From Eledone cirrhosa (Eukaryota): DNA of 64,000 nt. The DNA lies in assembly GCA_964016885.1 (NCBI GenBank), contig OZ024744.1, positions 29,078,001-29,142,000 of the forward strand, given 5' to 3'. Positions 1-12,614 of this stretch are shown one piece after another (positions within the stretch are counted from its first letter, which is position 1; each line of letters opens with the position of its first letter). The position numbers and the translations under genes are program-made. The notes under the pieces are model-generated. The model searched no databases. It was not told the DNA's origin and saw nothing but the letters and a program-made list of their open reading frames with translations.

Positions 1-651
1 TTCGTCCGAGCCGGTTGGTATATAACCAGTAGCTCCAATAATGATGGGTATGAAGCTAAAGGTGTATCTTGGATACTGGAATTGTAAACTCATCAATCGT
101 CCGTAGATGTCCTCCTCCTCCTGTATTTTTCTGACAACGTTTACATCAAGTGGGCAGCTGATCTCCACAACAGAACACGTTTTCAATGTGTGGTCCCAAA
201 CAAAAATATCAGGCCGGTTGCGCTTTAATTTGGTAGCAGTTTTTATTTTCAGGTTCCACCAGTATTCCTTAGTGCCATCTGTCTCAATATATTCTTCCTC
301 GTTTGTTTTCCGAAGTGCGTTCCAGATGGTTCTAGCTATCCCATCGTGTCTCATGGGGAGGTAGTAGCGAGATGACATTCTTTCGCAGCTGGCAACAATG
401 TGGCTTACATCCTCGATCTTTGTTTTACATAGCCTACATTTATTGTCAGCTGATGGCCCTCCCCTTTTGTGCAGCAGATATTTGGTAGGGAGTTCTTGTT
501 CCTGTATTGCATAGAGATATCCCTCAAGGTGTGATGTCATAAACTTGTCGGAACTCCATGCCAGGCTTTTTGAGTGGTTTATCCCCTCTATGGTCTGTGT
601 TTTACGTCTCAAGTATCCATGCACAACTTTTTCTCTAAATTGGCCAATTTT
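1..651 (-). mobile_element. R4/Dong-clade RLE non-LTR retrotransposon, 5'-truncated fragment (zinc knuckle + RLE), runs off the window
   Basis: Minus strand encodes CRLC..HIVASCERMSSRYYLPMRHD and RPDIFVWD..VEISCP; clearly homologous to 2553-3030; its 5' junction abuts (CATA)n. Confidence 0.85.
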
Positions 652-689
652 TGTATGTATGTATGTATGTATGTATGTATGTATGTATG
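652..689. repeat. (TGTA)n/(CATA)n microsatellite
   Basis: About 9 perfect units seen directly. Confidence 0.95.
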
Positions 690-1087
690 ACCCCTTAGCC
701 TTTGTCAAGGCAGAATTCTAGGAGAAGGAAAACTCTGATATAACACCTGCAACCCTGATGGTATCCAATGATGTTGTCTTGTTCTTCTTTTTGGTAAATG
801 TCATCTTGGTTAAGAGAGTGGGACTGGCTTTGTGCAGTGCCTTTGCTCACTATAAAAGCTTCACGGCATAGGCATTGCTTTATATCTGGAGATCTCTCTG
901 CATTTGTCATCACATGGTACCATGGGCTCAGCACTATGTGTCAATAATTGTCACAAGTGTAGTGTTTGTACCAGAGTTTTCAAGTCGCTGGCTGGACTAA
1001 AAGGTCACACTCGTTCAGCGTATCGGAAGGGGTTTTCCTACATGGATATAAAGTAGTGGCCGTACTCGAAAAAAGTTGGCAGCCACC

Positions 1088-2528
1088 ATGTATGTATGTA
1101 TGTTCTTCTGGTTTTATAATTTCACAAAGTTTTAACAATAGAGAGTCGGTTTCTAACATAGACACAAGACTCTCTCATTGGAATTTACACAACATCAACT
1201 AGGTAGATATGTATGTATGCATGCATGTGTAGATATGAATGTTATTGTATGTGTGAATGTGTATGTTTTGAGTTCTATCCGTGCATGTGTATATACTTTG
1301 CATCTGTACATGTGTATATGCAGTTATTAGATGCAAATTATTTGGAATGTTTTACATATTTTTCCTGTTCCATTAATGGATTGTACTTGTAATTTCCTAA
1401 CTAGTTGTGTTCTTTCTGCTCCTGTGAAGCCCAGCTTCTCGAGATTTGTATTGAAACAGTTACTAACATAACCCAGTGCCCCAATAATCACAGGCATAAA
1501 TCTGAATGTGTAATCAGTGTGGAATATCTGCAGATTTCTCATAAGTTCTGCAAAAATATTCTCCTTTTCGCTAATCTTTGATATTATATTGGCATCTGCT
1601 GGGCAGCTGACTTTTACTACTGTGCATGCTTTCTTCTCCCTGTCCCATATCATAATATCTGGTCTGTTATGCCTGCATTTTATTGGGGTTTTTACTGGAA
1701 CATTCCACCAGTACTCTTTCATATTATGTATATGTATGTCTGATTTCATTGTAGTGTTTTGGCCTCTACATCATGCCTCATGGGTAGATAGTACCGCGAT
1801 GACATCTTTGGACAGCTGCTTATGACATGGGTGATATATTCGAAGTTAATTCTGCAGAGTCTGCACTTTTTGTCACATCTAGGTGTTTTGCTCGCATCCC
1901 TATCTCTTTTGTGAATTAGGTATTTCGTGTTGATTTCCTGTTCTTGGATTACAAAAGCGTATCCTTCAAAGTGGGAGCCAATATAGCGGTTATTTGTCCA
2001 ATATAGACTACTTTCTTTATCTATATTAATCTCACTCTGGAGCTTCCTGGCAACATATCCATGCATGATTTTTTGCTGATAAGCATGCAGTTTTTCATCC
2101 ATTGATTCACTGCGATACTGCTGAGCACCTTCCCTGGGTGTGAGTTTTTGATTATCACACAGGGAATACCTCTCGAGGTGTTCCTTCCCAACTCTCATGA
2201 TCTTATCTGTTTCATGCAGATAGACTTGCTCGAGAAACGGGATCCTGCGCGTTGAGGTTCGTAGATGTTGTCGGAGAGATATAATGCGACATTCAAATGT
2301 TATCTGGACTGATGTAAGGCATCTGCCTCCCTGCTTACGTTTCAAGTAAAGGCGGTCTATGTCACTGTTGATGTGGAAGTTTCCGGTGTTGTTTAGTATT
2401 TTTCGAGTTCTAACATCAATCGCTCGGATTTCGTCTATCGTCCAATTGAGTATTCCAAACGTTGGTGTTAGGACAGGCACAGCAAACATTGTGAGCCACT
2501 GTTTTGTTTTGCGCAGGGAGTTACGATG
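1088..2528 (-). mobile_element. R4-clade RLE element, 5'-truncated, with 3' UTR and (CATA)4 tail
   Basis: ORFs 1746-2642 and 1327-1749: DIDRLY..GGR, CRLC..H..C knuckle, RHD, NRPDIMIWD, PVIIGALG; tail at 1088-1103; degenerate CATA run at the 5' junction 2529-2552. Confidence 0.88.
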
Positions 2529-2552
2529 TGTGTATGGATGTATGTTTGTATG

Positions 2553-5075
2553 TCCTCCTTCTTTTGTATATTTCTTACAACGTTGACATCCAGTGGGCAG
2601 CTGATCTCTACAACAGAACACGTTTTCAATGTGTGATCCCAAACAACAATACCAGGCCGGTTGTGCTTTAATTTAGCGGCAGTTGTTATTTTTAGGTTCC
2701 ACCAGTATTCCTTAGTGCCATTTATCTCAACATATTCCTCCTCATTTGTTTTTAATTTTGTTTTCTTAAGTGCGTTCCAGATTGTTCTAGCTATCCCATC
2801 GTGTCTCATAGGGAGGTAGTAGCGAGATGACATTCTTTCGCAGTTGGCAACAATGTGGTTCACATCTTCGATCTTTGTTTTCAAAGCCTACATTTATTGT
2901 CGACTGATGGCCCTCCTCTTTTGTGTAGTAGATATTTGGTAGGAAGTTCTTGTTCCTGTATTGCATAGATATATCCTTCAACGCGGGATGTCATAAACTT
3001 GTCGGAACTCCATGACAGGATTTTTGAATGATTTATGTATGTAGTGTGTTTTTCGTCTCAGGAACCCATGCACAACTTTCTCTGTGAATTGGTCTATTTT
3101 TCTTTTATCTTGTTCGAACCTAGAATAGGATCTCCCAATTTCCCTGGGAGAGAGATTTATATAAGGCCTTATTCCATATCTCTCCTTCAGATCAGTGGCT
3201 ATCCTAATGATATTACTTCCTTCGTGCTCGATGGATTGGCAGTATCGTGGCGATGGATTGGCAGTATCGGTAGAGGGTCGGACGCCATACTTTGACGTAT
3301 AGAGTTACGACCCTTGCCATTCTGAGTTCAAATCCCGCCGAGGTTAACTTTGCCTTTCATCCTTGCGGGGTCGATAAAATAAAGTACCAGTAATACACTG
3401 AGTAATTGCTGGCCTTGTGCCAAACATAGAAACAATTATTTCCTTCGTGCTCATAAACCTGGGCACGATGGTTGCAGACCTTTTTCCTCTGTTGAAGGTG
3501 TTGCTTCGGTGTTATTATCCGGGTCTCATATGATGTTAATATGAATTTTAGATCCCCGCCACCTTCCATGCGTGAGAAGTATAGCCTACCCACATCACCC
3601 TTGATATTAAAGTTTCCAGTAATACTGAGAAGCTTGCTTACATCCATCTGATTTAGTTCTTGCAATGACCAGTTCAGCAGGCCAAATGTTGGCGTTAGAA
3701 TTGGCACAGCATAAGTATTGGGGGCAATGTATTTGTTGTACGCTGACAGTTCTGATGACCATATTTTCTTTAATCACCGGAGATATTCAGTTCTTGTTCT
3801 TTCCTTATTTATGGGTCCATCATATCTAACATTCTCATACTGTCCAAGATATCTGTAGTTGTCACGTGTATGTAGAGGTTGTATTGTCAAGCCGTTCATC
3901 TCTAGATTTCCAGAGGAGGGCACAACCCTTCCATGTTTTACTGTCAAATATGCACATTTGGACTCACCAAATTTCATTCTGATGTCTGTAGAAAATTGTG
4001 TAATGAGGTCCAATTGTTTTTTGATATAGTTGGTATTTGTCACATACAACTTCAGGTCAACAACAAAAAGATGGGAAATACTTCTGGACCCACTTCCATG
4101 ACCACTTTGTTTTGTGTGCAGGTATGATAGTGGGTTTAGTGAGAGGACGAAGAGCAGCACTGATAAGGTATCACCCTGAAAGATGCCTTTCTGGTAGTGT
4201 ATTGTATCAGTCTTAATTTCTTCCTTCTCACCATTAAGGATCAAATTGGTGTACCAGTTCTTGGTCAGGCCTTCAACAGCAGCTACTAGTGGTTGTAGGA
4301 CTTTGACTAACTGTAAAGCCTTAATAATCCACCCATGAGGTACACTACTAAAAGATTTCTGATAGTCCAGCCATACCACAGTCTTGTTCCTGCGATTCTT
4401 TGCTGTTTTTTCCTGTATCATTTTATCTGTTTGAAGGTGATCTATGTAGCCCCACACCTCCTTATTTCCACCAGCTTGGTCAGGTGTTATAATGTTGTTG
4501 GTGGCACAATGATCCTACCAAAACAGATTAAGGCAACCAGTGTATAATTTATACATGATGTTCTGGCAGGCTATTGGGCGGTAATTTTTAGCAAGGGAGG
4601 CCTGGCTATTTTGGGGATGAGGAGAGTAGCGGCAGTTGATAACCACTGGGACACTTCTTGTGTGCCTTTCATAGTTTCTCTAAACATCTGTATGAGATCT
4701 TGCCGATAGAAGGTGAAATTCTTCAGCCAGTATCCTGTTATGAGGTCTGGGCCTGGTGATTTCATATTCGACATTTTCTGTAGAGCTGTTTCCAGTATTG
4801 ATCCATTTATGTCATATTGTTTTGTCTGGACATGCTGGCAGTATTCCTGTTCCGGTTCTTTAAGCCATAAAGTTTGTGTGTCGAATTCATCATTTGTTTC
4901 CCATACAGATCTCAACCTGTTCTTTTGTAGGCGTGTGATTTACAGAGATTGGGCCTGTCCCTTTGAAGCTCCGAGAAAATGATTTAGGATCTCATCTCTG
5001 GCAAATAATCTATTTAACACTTGCCGTTTATGTGCTGTTGACTTATATTTTAGTCTTTCTGCTGTAGCTGTGAGT
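2553..5075 (-). mobile_element. Degenerate R4-clade element (RT to RLE), frameshifted and interrupted by a SINE
   Basis: ORF pieces KSPGPD (4571-4915), WLDYQKSF..GIFQGDTLS..LFVVDLKLY..YLG (3774-4457), GRLY..GGG (3357-3707), RHD..NRP (2468-2884). Confidence 0.88.
3230..3439 (+). mobile_element. tRNA-derived SINE family 1 with target-site duplication
   Basis: A-box-like TGGCAGTATCGG, B-box GAGTTCAAATC, body CTTTCATCCTT..GGGGTCGATAAAATAAAGTACCAG; TSD TTCCTTCGTGCTC at 3217-3229 and 3440-3452. Confidence 0.88.
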
Positions 5076-5699
5076 TGTTTGTATATATGTATGTATGGGC
5101 TGAGGAACTCATAAGAGTTAACGGCCATCCAATAGTGTATAAATGTGTATATATTGTGTATGTATGGGTGTGTGGGGGATTGATTGTGCGTTTGTCTGTG
5201 TGCGTATATATATATATATATATATTTGATTTAAAAAATGTTTAACTTAAATAACTTTTTAAAAAATCTTTTAAAACCTATAAAGTATCTTAAAAACCTT
5301 TAAAAACTTGTAAATACTTTTTATATATACTTTTCTTTTACATTTTAACTTTCAAATGGGATAGAGTCCCTGGTCAACATTCATGAAAAAGTCAGCGAAT
5401 CATTGCAACTCATTTACATGTGTGATGGCTAGCAGATGGGTAAAAAGAAAATCCACTGGGAGTGAAGGAACCCGAGCTGGTGTTACAGTATCTTTCTTAA
5501 AGAGGGAAACTTTGAAATAAAACCAGTGGTTGATGTGGTGTACTGTTCATCTGGCATAGGCTTGTCACCTGACTATAATCACTGAAGAGAGTGGTGCTCG
5601 TGTAGCACAAGCGTTTGTCACTATAATCCAATGATGTACAGATGTTTCTTTTGTGATCTCATCTGTCATTTTTACAGTTGAAAGTCCTATGGCGATGGA

Positions 5700-6500
5700 G
5701 GAGTGGTGACGTGTGCAGATCTGACCAACTGGAAGTATATAGTTGCACATCTACACATAGGTGGCAGGGGTCTTATCATAACATCGTTGTTATGTCTTCC
5801 TGTTACAGGGGGTAACTCCAGTGGAGACTCCTCTGTCCGAGCAGCCCTGTCATGGAGAGCACATTCTTGGGAAGGTGCCAGAAAAGGTGCATTGAAAATT
5901 GCCAGTCACATCAACGTTGGGTAGTTTACTGCGGCTATTGGTGGTTATTGAAGCAGGAAAGGAAAAGTGAATTACAAAGTAAAACATTTATCAAAAATCG
6001 AATCAAACTAAATATTTGCTGCTAGAATGTCAGAACCCTTCTAGACTAAAACTCACCAAACCGACCAGAAAGAAGGACCGCACTGGTAACAAAGGAACTC
6101 CAAAGATCAGATATAGATATTGCAGCCTTGTCAGAAACACGTCTATCAGGATGTGCAACTATTCTGTGCAACTATTCTGTCAGTTTATGCTCCAACTCTC
6201 CAGGCCAGTGAATAAAACATTATGACATTCTATGAATTTCTTCGTGTTACAATTACATCTACTCCAGTTGAAGAACAAGTGATCATTCTTGGTGATTACA
6301 ATGCCCGAGGTGGCAGAGACCTTGAGACCTGGAATGCACTAGACCATTATAGCATCAGTAAGATGAATGCCAATGGTTTGAATCTGCTTAAACTCTGTTC
6401 GGGACTCAACTCAGCTATTTATAATACATTCTTCCGCCAAAAAAAGAAGCATAAAGTTACTTGGATACACCCAAGGTCAAAAGATGGCCACATAATATAT
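5700..6500 (+). mobile_element. RTE (BovB-like) LINE 5' fragment with APE endonuclease remnant
   Basis: ORF 6222-6569: ILGDYNAR..NANGLNLL..NTFF.QK..HKVTWIHPRSK, typical RTE APE motifs; 5' boundary approximate. Confidence 0.7.
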
Positions 6501-6761
6501 TCCACAGTAACTATTGTCATATTCGCTGCTATATATATTTCAGTGATAGCCATTATTCAACAGCTATGACCTCAGCAGGCAGTAAGAATTTAAACAGAAA
6601 AAACAGGAAAACATGATGTTGTAATGGATTTTACCTTGTTAATTCGTTGATATGTTCAGCTCCTGAGTGTGTTGTTAGTCCTCTAAGGAACTGGAAGCAT
6701 ATATATATATATATATGATTAAATATTAACCATCTAACATCTCAGGGTATGTCATGTATCA

Positions 6762-6830
6762 TTTTATTTTATCTGATGAGGACGTACTGCTGAACATGAT
6801 TCACGTACCTCTGAAATATGTATAATAAAA
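6762..6830 (+). ncRNA. Degenerate type I hammerhead ribozyme motif
   Basis: CTGATGA (6773-6779), GGACG/CGTACC stem, GAAA (6813-6816), TATG-TA, imperfect A/T stem I; extra bases before GAAA. Confidence 0.4.
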
Positions 6831-7241
6831 TTTAATTGATCACAAGAACATCTATTTTATTAATATTTGAATTTAATATTATATTAATAACTCTGGAAAA
6901 TATTTACTGCAGAGTGCTTCCAATCTGCTGTAAAACTCATTCTTTGATGTATTCATTGAATCTTGTTTAACTCTTTAATATATATATATATATATATAGT
7001 TTTTCGAGGTTTTTTATATGAAATCGTGTGTCGAAACAAATATTGTTATACTTGGGGAGGGTCATATTTGTGTAATATTGTCCGAATTAATAACAGAACA
7101 CACTCACTGTTTGGTTGGTTTTCGCTTCTGTGTCTTTTATATCGCTAATCTAATTTATTCGGTCCTCAATGTTGCCATTGACTGACCGACGGTCAAAAAT
7201 AATACAGATACAATATAGACACAAACACATATATATAGTTT

Positions 7242-7283
7242 ATCAAAGTTCTTTCGTTGCACATCTGCAACATCGTCAGTGGT
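7242..7283 (-). ncRNA. Minimal type I hammerhead motif in PLE-A pLTR
   Basis: acca-CTGACGA-t-GTTGCA-gatg-TGCAAC-GAAA-gaac-TT-tgat; perfect 6-bp stem II, stem I with one mismatch. Confidence 0.65.
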
Positions 7284-8415
7284 GCTATTGTTTCCTCCCG
7301 TTATATTGTATGTCTACGCCATTTTTATTTAGTCTGTCTATATATTTATTTATTTATTTGTTTGTTTGTTTATTTTATTTTGTCTTCTTTGCGCATGCGT
7401 TTGCGTGTGTGTATAGTGTTTTGTTTGATGTGTGTTCGTGATTGTATTCTGTGTATTCTATGTATTCTATCTTTACTAGTGTGTGTTTATATGTGTTTGT
7501 TGTTATTGTGCTTGTGTATGTATTTATTTATTTATTTATTTATTTATACTTCTCTTAGGTCAGTGTTGTTTGTTTGAGTGTTGTTGTTATTCCATTCATT
7601 CTGTCTGTTTAGTCTTGGCCTTCTAAGTTCTATTTCACTGGCCTCTCTGATTTGCCTATCTGCTGGGTCATTTCTATGTTTAGATATTATTCTAATTTCT
7701 ATGTTGTCTATGTTACCGTCGTGTTGTTGTCTGGCATGTTCGTATAGTACTGACCCGTTTTTTCGTCCTTTTAGTTCCCCTCGGTGTTGGTCTATCCTTT
7801 CACCTATGCTACGAACTGTCTCACCTATGTATGTTGTTGTCGTGTTTCTGCAAGTACCCTCTGTACATCTTATGCTTTAACAGGATTGATGATTGATGGT
7901 CGTTAGTTGTCAGTGTGGTAAGTGATAGTATCCTCGTTGGATTATCTTGTTGACATAGACGTGAGGAAGGTCTCTCAATCTATTTACAATATTCCTTTCG
8001 TCAGGTCGCCAATTCCAGCAGCATGGATTATAGATGTTATTGAGACACGAGTAACATAATAATGATTTCAACAGCAGTAATTAGAGATGAAATGTATGTT
8101 TATTTTTGATGTAGCACAAACAATGTTTGTTAACTTATATGGTTGAAGTTACAGATAAAAAGAGGTTAAAAAAGGGACTGTGCCATTGCGCCGTTAAGCC
8201 GGCGAGGCTAGGGTGCAAGATCTCACCGTTACATTATGCGTGTTGCTGGCTTGAAGTTTCCGGTACAAGAGGAAGATTCTTCAAATCTTCGCGGGGAATT
8301 TCTTTCCCAGGGTGCGTAGGGATACATCCTCTTCTACTGGCGCTGATTGGCTGAACTGAGCCAAATCACGCACAGAGAATGTATGTGAGCCCGCGGAATG
8401 TAGGTCACTACAATA

Positions 8416-8425
8416 CCCCCTTTCT
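8416..8425 (-). promoter_or_regulatory. Polypurine tract of the LTR element
   Basis: AGAAAGGGGG lies 3 nt before the TGTAG start of the 3' LTR on the minus strand. Confidence 0.8.
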
Positions 8426-9992
8426 AGACGGTAGTCGATACAGATTATTAAATCAGCAAGAACAAATGCCGAAAGAGCACATCAGTGACAAAATAATTGA
8501 GCAGAAGGCTGCATGCAAGAAAAAATGAGGCGTTACGGGCCGTGTTGAGCCGCTGTGTCAAATGACCAGTTGTTTTGTTGTTTATACGTGACCGCCAAAG
8601 GTCTAACAAAAACGGATAAAGTTTGACATGGGCGAAGTTGCTGTTCTTGCATTAAATGTCAATGGCAAGTGCTGCACCAGTAGCTGTGGACGAAGCTATT
8701 ATGGTAGTTCACCAGTGCTGGCAAGAAGATGATGGGTAGGCGAGAAAATGTTGGCCTCCCAGATATATTGCCGAAAGTGCTGTGGAGCCAGGAAAAAATG
8801 GCTGGTTGCTTTGTAAAGAAAAAAAGGCAAGTTTAATCTGTAGGTGGGTTGCAGTGTAAATTCCATAATTCGGGCGAATCCACAGAAGTAGCCGAAATGC
8901 TGACAAGTCCAGTTCAATTTGTTGCTTTCCCAGCGAGTCGGGCAAAAACAACAAGACGGATGGCCGTCATGGACGATCAGTGTGCAACGAGGTGCGAAGC
9001 TGTTTGAGTTCAGCTGCAATTAGTATTCTCGTGTTTCGGTGCCTGTTTGAATCCAGTGGATTAAGCTCTGTGAGCTGCTAGCATGTGACAGCACCTCAAC
9101 CAGGTGAAAAGGGACTCGCAGAATATTACGTTTGAAGAACATATACCAAGAACAACATGTTGGTGTGTGATAAAAAAATGTGTGCATATGCAGGCATGTA
9201 AAACAGCAAAGAATGTGAATGAACAAAAACCATTAGCAAGCAAATAGCAAAAGAGCACAAAACAAGTAAATGCATTCCACAAAGAAATATGTGAATGTAA
9301 CAAACTGATAATTCAAAGTCAATCTAAGGGAGCAGAGAAATTGCTCAATAAGTTCAAAGTTTTTCAAAGCCAAATAGTTCACACATCACCAGTGTACAGA
9401 CTTTCTGACACTAGTTCTATCTGAAAACTGAAAAAGAAGTTTGTTAATGCCGTTAGGGGTTAGATGTATGGTGTTTTTGTGAGTTTTCGTGGCCATCTTG
9501 TGTGGCATAAGGTTGTGTTGCTTATTGTTAAAGCAAAGTCAAAGAATCTTCTGTAGAGTAGCAGTCACCAAACATGGCAGCCACGTCTGACGCCATAATG
9601 GTGAGAAAACTACTGTCTCAATTTCTCGAGTCCCTGTGGTAACGAGACAGAAGGTATGGTGGTTGCGTCGGTAAAGTTACAAGCCGTTTTGAAATTTCCG
9701 ATGTGTGGTGGTTTGCGTCGGTAAGACTATGAAGCTGCCACTCACTGTTCCTTGTATTGGTCAGTGGTTAAACAACGCTGTCGCTGCTGCTGTCGTTGTT
9801 GTTGTCGAGTGTAGTTAGGACTTGTCGGTAGCCATCTTGAAATGTTTTCGTGGCGAAAAAGTTTTTGAAATACTGCCAATTTTCAAAAAATTTTGAAAGA
9901 AATATATTGTATTTTCGCAAGTTGCGAAAAAGGTTGGCAACGTGGCAATAAAAGTTCAACTGAATGAAAAAGAAGGGCTGCGTTAAATTCTT

Positions 9993-10005
9993 ACGTCGGT
10001 CACCA
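9993..10005 (-). promoter_or_regulatory. Primer-binding site of the LTR element (possibly tRNA-Trp type)
   Basis: TGGTGACCGACGT lies 2 nt after the 5' LTR; TGG complements tRNA CCA; tRNA identity is from memory and unverified. Confidence 0.75.
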
Positions 10006-10992
10006 CTTTAACAGGATTGATGATTGATGGTCGTTAGTTGCCAGTGTGGTAAGTGATAGTATCCTCGTTGGATTATCTTGTTGACATAAAGGTCCCTCGA
10101 TCTATTTACAATATTCCTTTCGTCAGGTCGCCAATTCCAGCAGCATGGATTATAGATGTTGTTGAGACACGAGCAACATAATAATGATTTCAACAGCAGA
10201 AATTAGAGATGAAATGTATGTTTATTTTTGATGTAGCACAAACAATGTTTGTTAACTTATATGGTTGAAGTTACAGATAAAAAGAGGTTACAAAAGGGAC
10301 TGTGCCATTGCGCCGTTAAGCCGGCGAGGCTAGGGTGCAAGATCTCACCGTTACATTATGCGTGTTGCTGGCTTGAAGTTTCCGGTACAAGAGGAAGATT
10401 CTTCAAATCTTCGCGGGGAATTTCTTTCCCAGGGTGCGTAGGGATACATCCTCTTCTACTGGCGCTGATTGGCTGAACTGAGCCAAATCACGCACAGAGA
10501 ATGTATGTGAGCCCGCGGAATGTAGGTCACTACAATGCTATAGACTACGTTTCTAGTTTTACAGTTTATCTGGGGATTTACCTTACATATGATACATTTC
10601 CTATTAGTGCAGTGGGTTTTCTTAAAAGGGTAGGTTTTGCTGATCAGGGATTTTATGGTGGTTCCTGGCTTTTCTACCACCTTAATCTTTAAGTGGGTCT
10701 TTCTCAGCTAATTTCCCTCCAGGGGTAGCGTCCACAAACATGACACTCTGGTATCTCTGGTTGTCGTACCATGAGGTGGCTTTCCCTATCTTATGTCTAG
10801 CCCTATCTAAGCTATTCCATGATTTTTTCCTGTTTAATGGGCAAATTCCTTTCATGTCCAGTTCTAAACACACACGCAAACGCATGCGCAAAGAAGACAA
10901 AATAAAATAAACAAACAAACAAATAAATAAATATATAGACAGACTAAATAAAAATGGCGTAGACATATAATGTAACGGGAGGAAACAATAGC

Positions 10993-11035
10993 ACCACTGA
11001 CGATGTTGCAGATGTGCAACGAAAGAACTTTGATA
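10993..11035 (+). ncRNA. Minimal type I hammerhead motif (inverted PLE-A pLTR copy)
   Basis: Same motif as 7242-7283, on the opposite strand. Confidence 0.65.
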
Positions 11036-11228
11036 AACTATATATATGTGTTTGTGTCTATATTGTATCTGTATTATTTTTGACCGTTGGTCAGTCAATG
11101 GCAACATTGAGGACCGAATAAATTAGATTAGCGATATAAAAGACACAGAAGCGAAAACCAACCAAACAGTGAGTGTGTTCTGTTATTAATTCTGGCAATA
11201 TTACACAAATATGACCCTCCCCAAGTAT

Positions 11229-11311
<83 letters not shown>

Positions 11312-11315
<4 letters not shown>

Positions 11316-11730
11316 CCACGCAGGTGTCTGTACTCATTATTTAACTTACGCTCACACACACTCGCTTCTCTTCAGCCATACATATCTCCTCCTAGCCCCC
11401 CTCTTCCCTCTCTCCCCCTTTGACCCTTTGACCCACCCACATACACAGTATCACACCCATGCCAAGCCGCCACCCTCCACCCTGGACCTATATCCCTCTA
11501 CCTCTTTTATTTCTATGTTTATTTTTATCATTATATTATATATTTTAATTTGTAACTTCACTCCTTAAACCACTCCTTACTCCCACTCGGAGTTCCTGTT
11601 CCTCCCCTATCTGAATTTTCCTGATGAAGGACTTATGTCCGAAATGTTGAAACCTGCTCCACTTCCACCAAGTGTGAACCTATTATAACTGTGTACAGTT
11701 GCCTCATGTGTTTTGTTCGTTCATTTTCAA
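11312..11730 (+). mobile_element. Probable PLE 3'-end remnant between (TA)n tracts, carrying a hammerhead motif
   Basis: C-rich UTR, then CTGATGA-a-GGAC-ttat-GTCC-GAAA-tgttg at 11621-11649 with degenerate stems I and III; flanked by (TA)n and (TA)n(TG)n. Confidence 0.55.
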
Positions 11731-11731
11731 C

Positions 11732-11798
<67 letters not shown>

Positions 11799-12319
11799 TT
11801 CAGGCAACTCCCATAGATTCTGATGTGGACCGGGAGAGGGGATGGACGCCACCAGGTTTAAAAGTCTCCCAAGATACGTCATATACATACATAACACAAC
11901 AGAATCTAACATAACAGAATCTGCAGATTTTCACAAAGAGAACAATCGAGGGAAAAACACTAGGCTGTGCAATCATCACAACCACATCGGTGAGTTTTTG
12001 CTTACAATCTTTGTAGTATCCCTTGCCTGCCCATCTGTCTTTATTTGACCGTAATTTCATTGGTCAATTTACTATCGAAGTGGTTACCTAGGTAACTAGA
12101 TAAGTTTATCTTGTATTCGGTCATTGTATGGAGTGGAATACTGATTTGTAAAGCAAGACACAGCAGGGCGGGGTGATGGAGGGGCGGAAAACTGACGAAC
12201 AAACAATGACAAGACGGAATACTTGAGCAGACAGACAGACAAAGAGATAGACGGGCAGACGGGGGTGGGGCAACTGTGGTGATGAATGACGGCGACACGG
12301 GCAGATAACACATTAGTCA

Positions 12320-12320
12320 A

Positions 12321-12391
<71 letters not shown>

Positions 12392-12429
12392 TATAGAGAG
12401 ATAGAGAGATAGATAGACGAAAGAAGGAA

Positions 12430-12492
<63 letters not shown>
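12320..12492. repeat. (GATA)n/(GA)n microsatellite
   Basis: Seen directly. Confidence 0.95.
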
Positions 12493-12495
<3 letters not shown>

Positions 12496-12614
12496 CAGGT
12501 AGTATTGATAGATTTGTAGGCTGACAAAGTGACAAGCAGGCGGATTTGATAGATGGTTAAAAAAAACAGAACGTCAGAGAGACAAGCAGACCGACAGACA
12601 AAGGGACAGAACTA

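Larger units (their letters stand above)
7877..10534 (-). mobile_element. Non-autonomous LTR retrotransposon (TRIM/LARD-like), 2.66 kb
   Basis: Near-identical LTRs 7877-8412 and 10008-10534 (one 9-bp indel, a few substitutions); TSD ATGCT at 7872-7876 and 10535-10539; PBS and PPT present; no gag/pol ORF in the 1.6-kb interior. Confidence 0.92.
6999..11235 (-). mobile_element. Penelope-like element family A (GIY-YIG end + pseudo-LTR) with an inverted pLTR copy, split by an LTR element
   Basis: Joining 10540-10860 to 7577-7876 gives KTRNVVYSI-RCTEG..YIGET.RSIGER..H..LN; 7041-7412 is inverted-repeated at 10868-11235; both ends abut (TA)n. Confidence 0.88.

Noticed and set aside
11900-12130. Possible LINE RT C-terminal fragment (YLG..EI) on the minus strand
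   Set aside because: Too degenerate to assign by eye.
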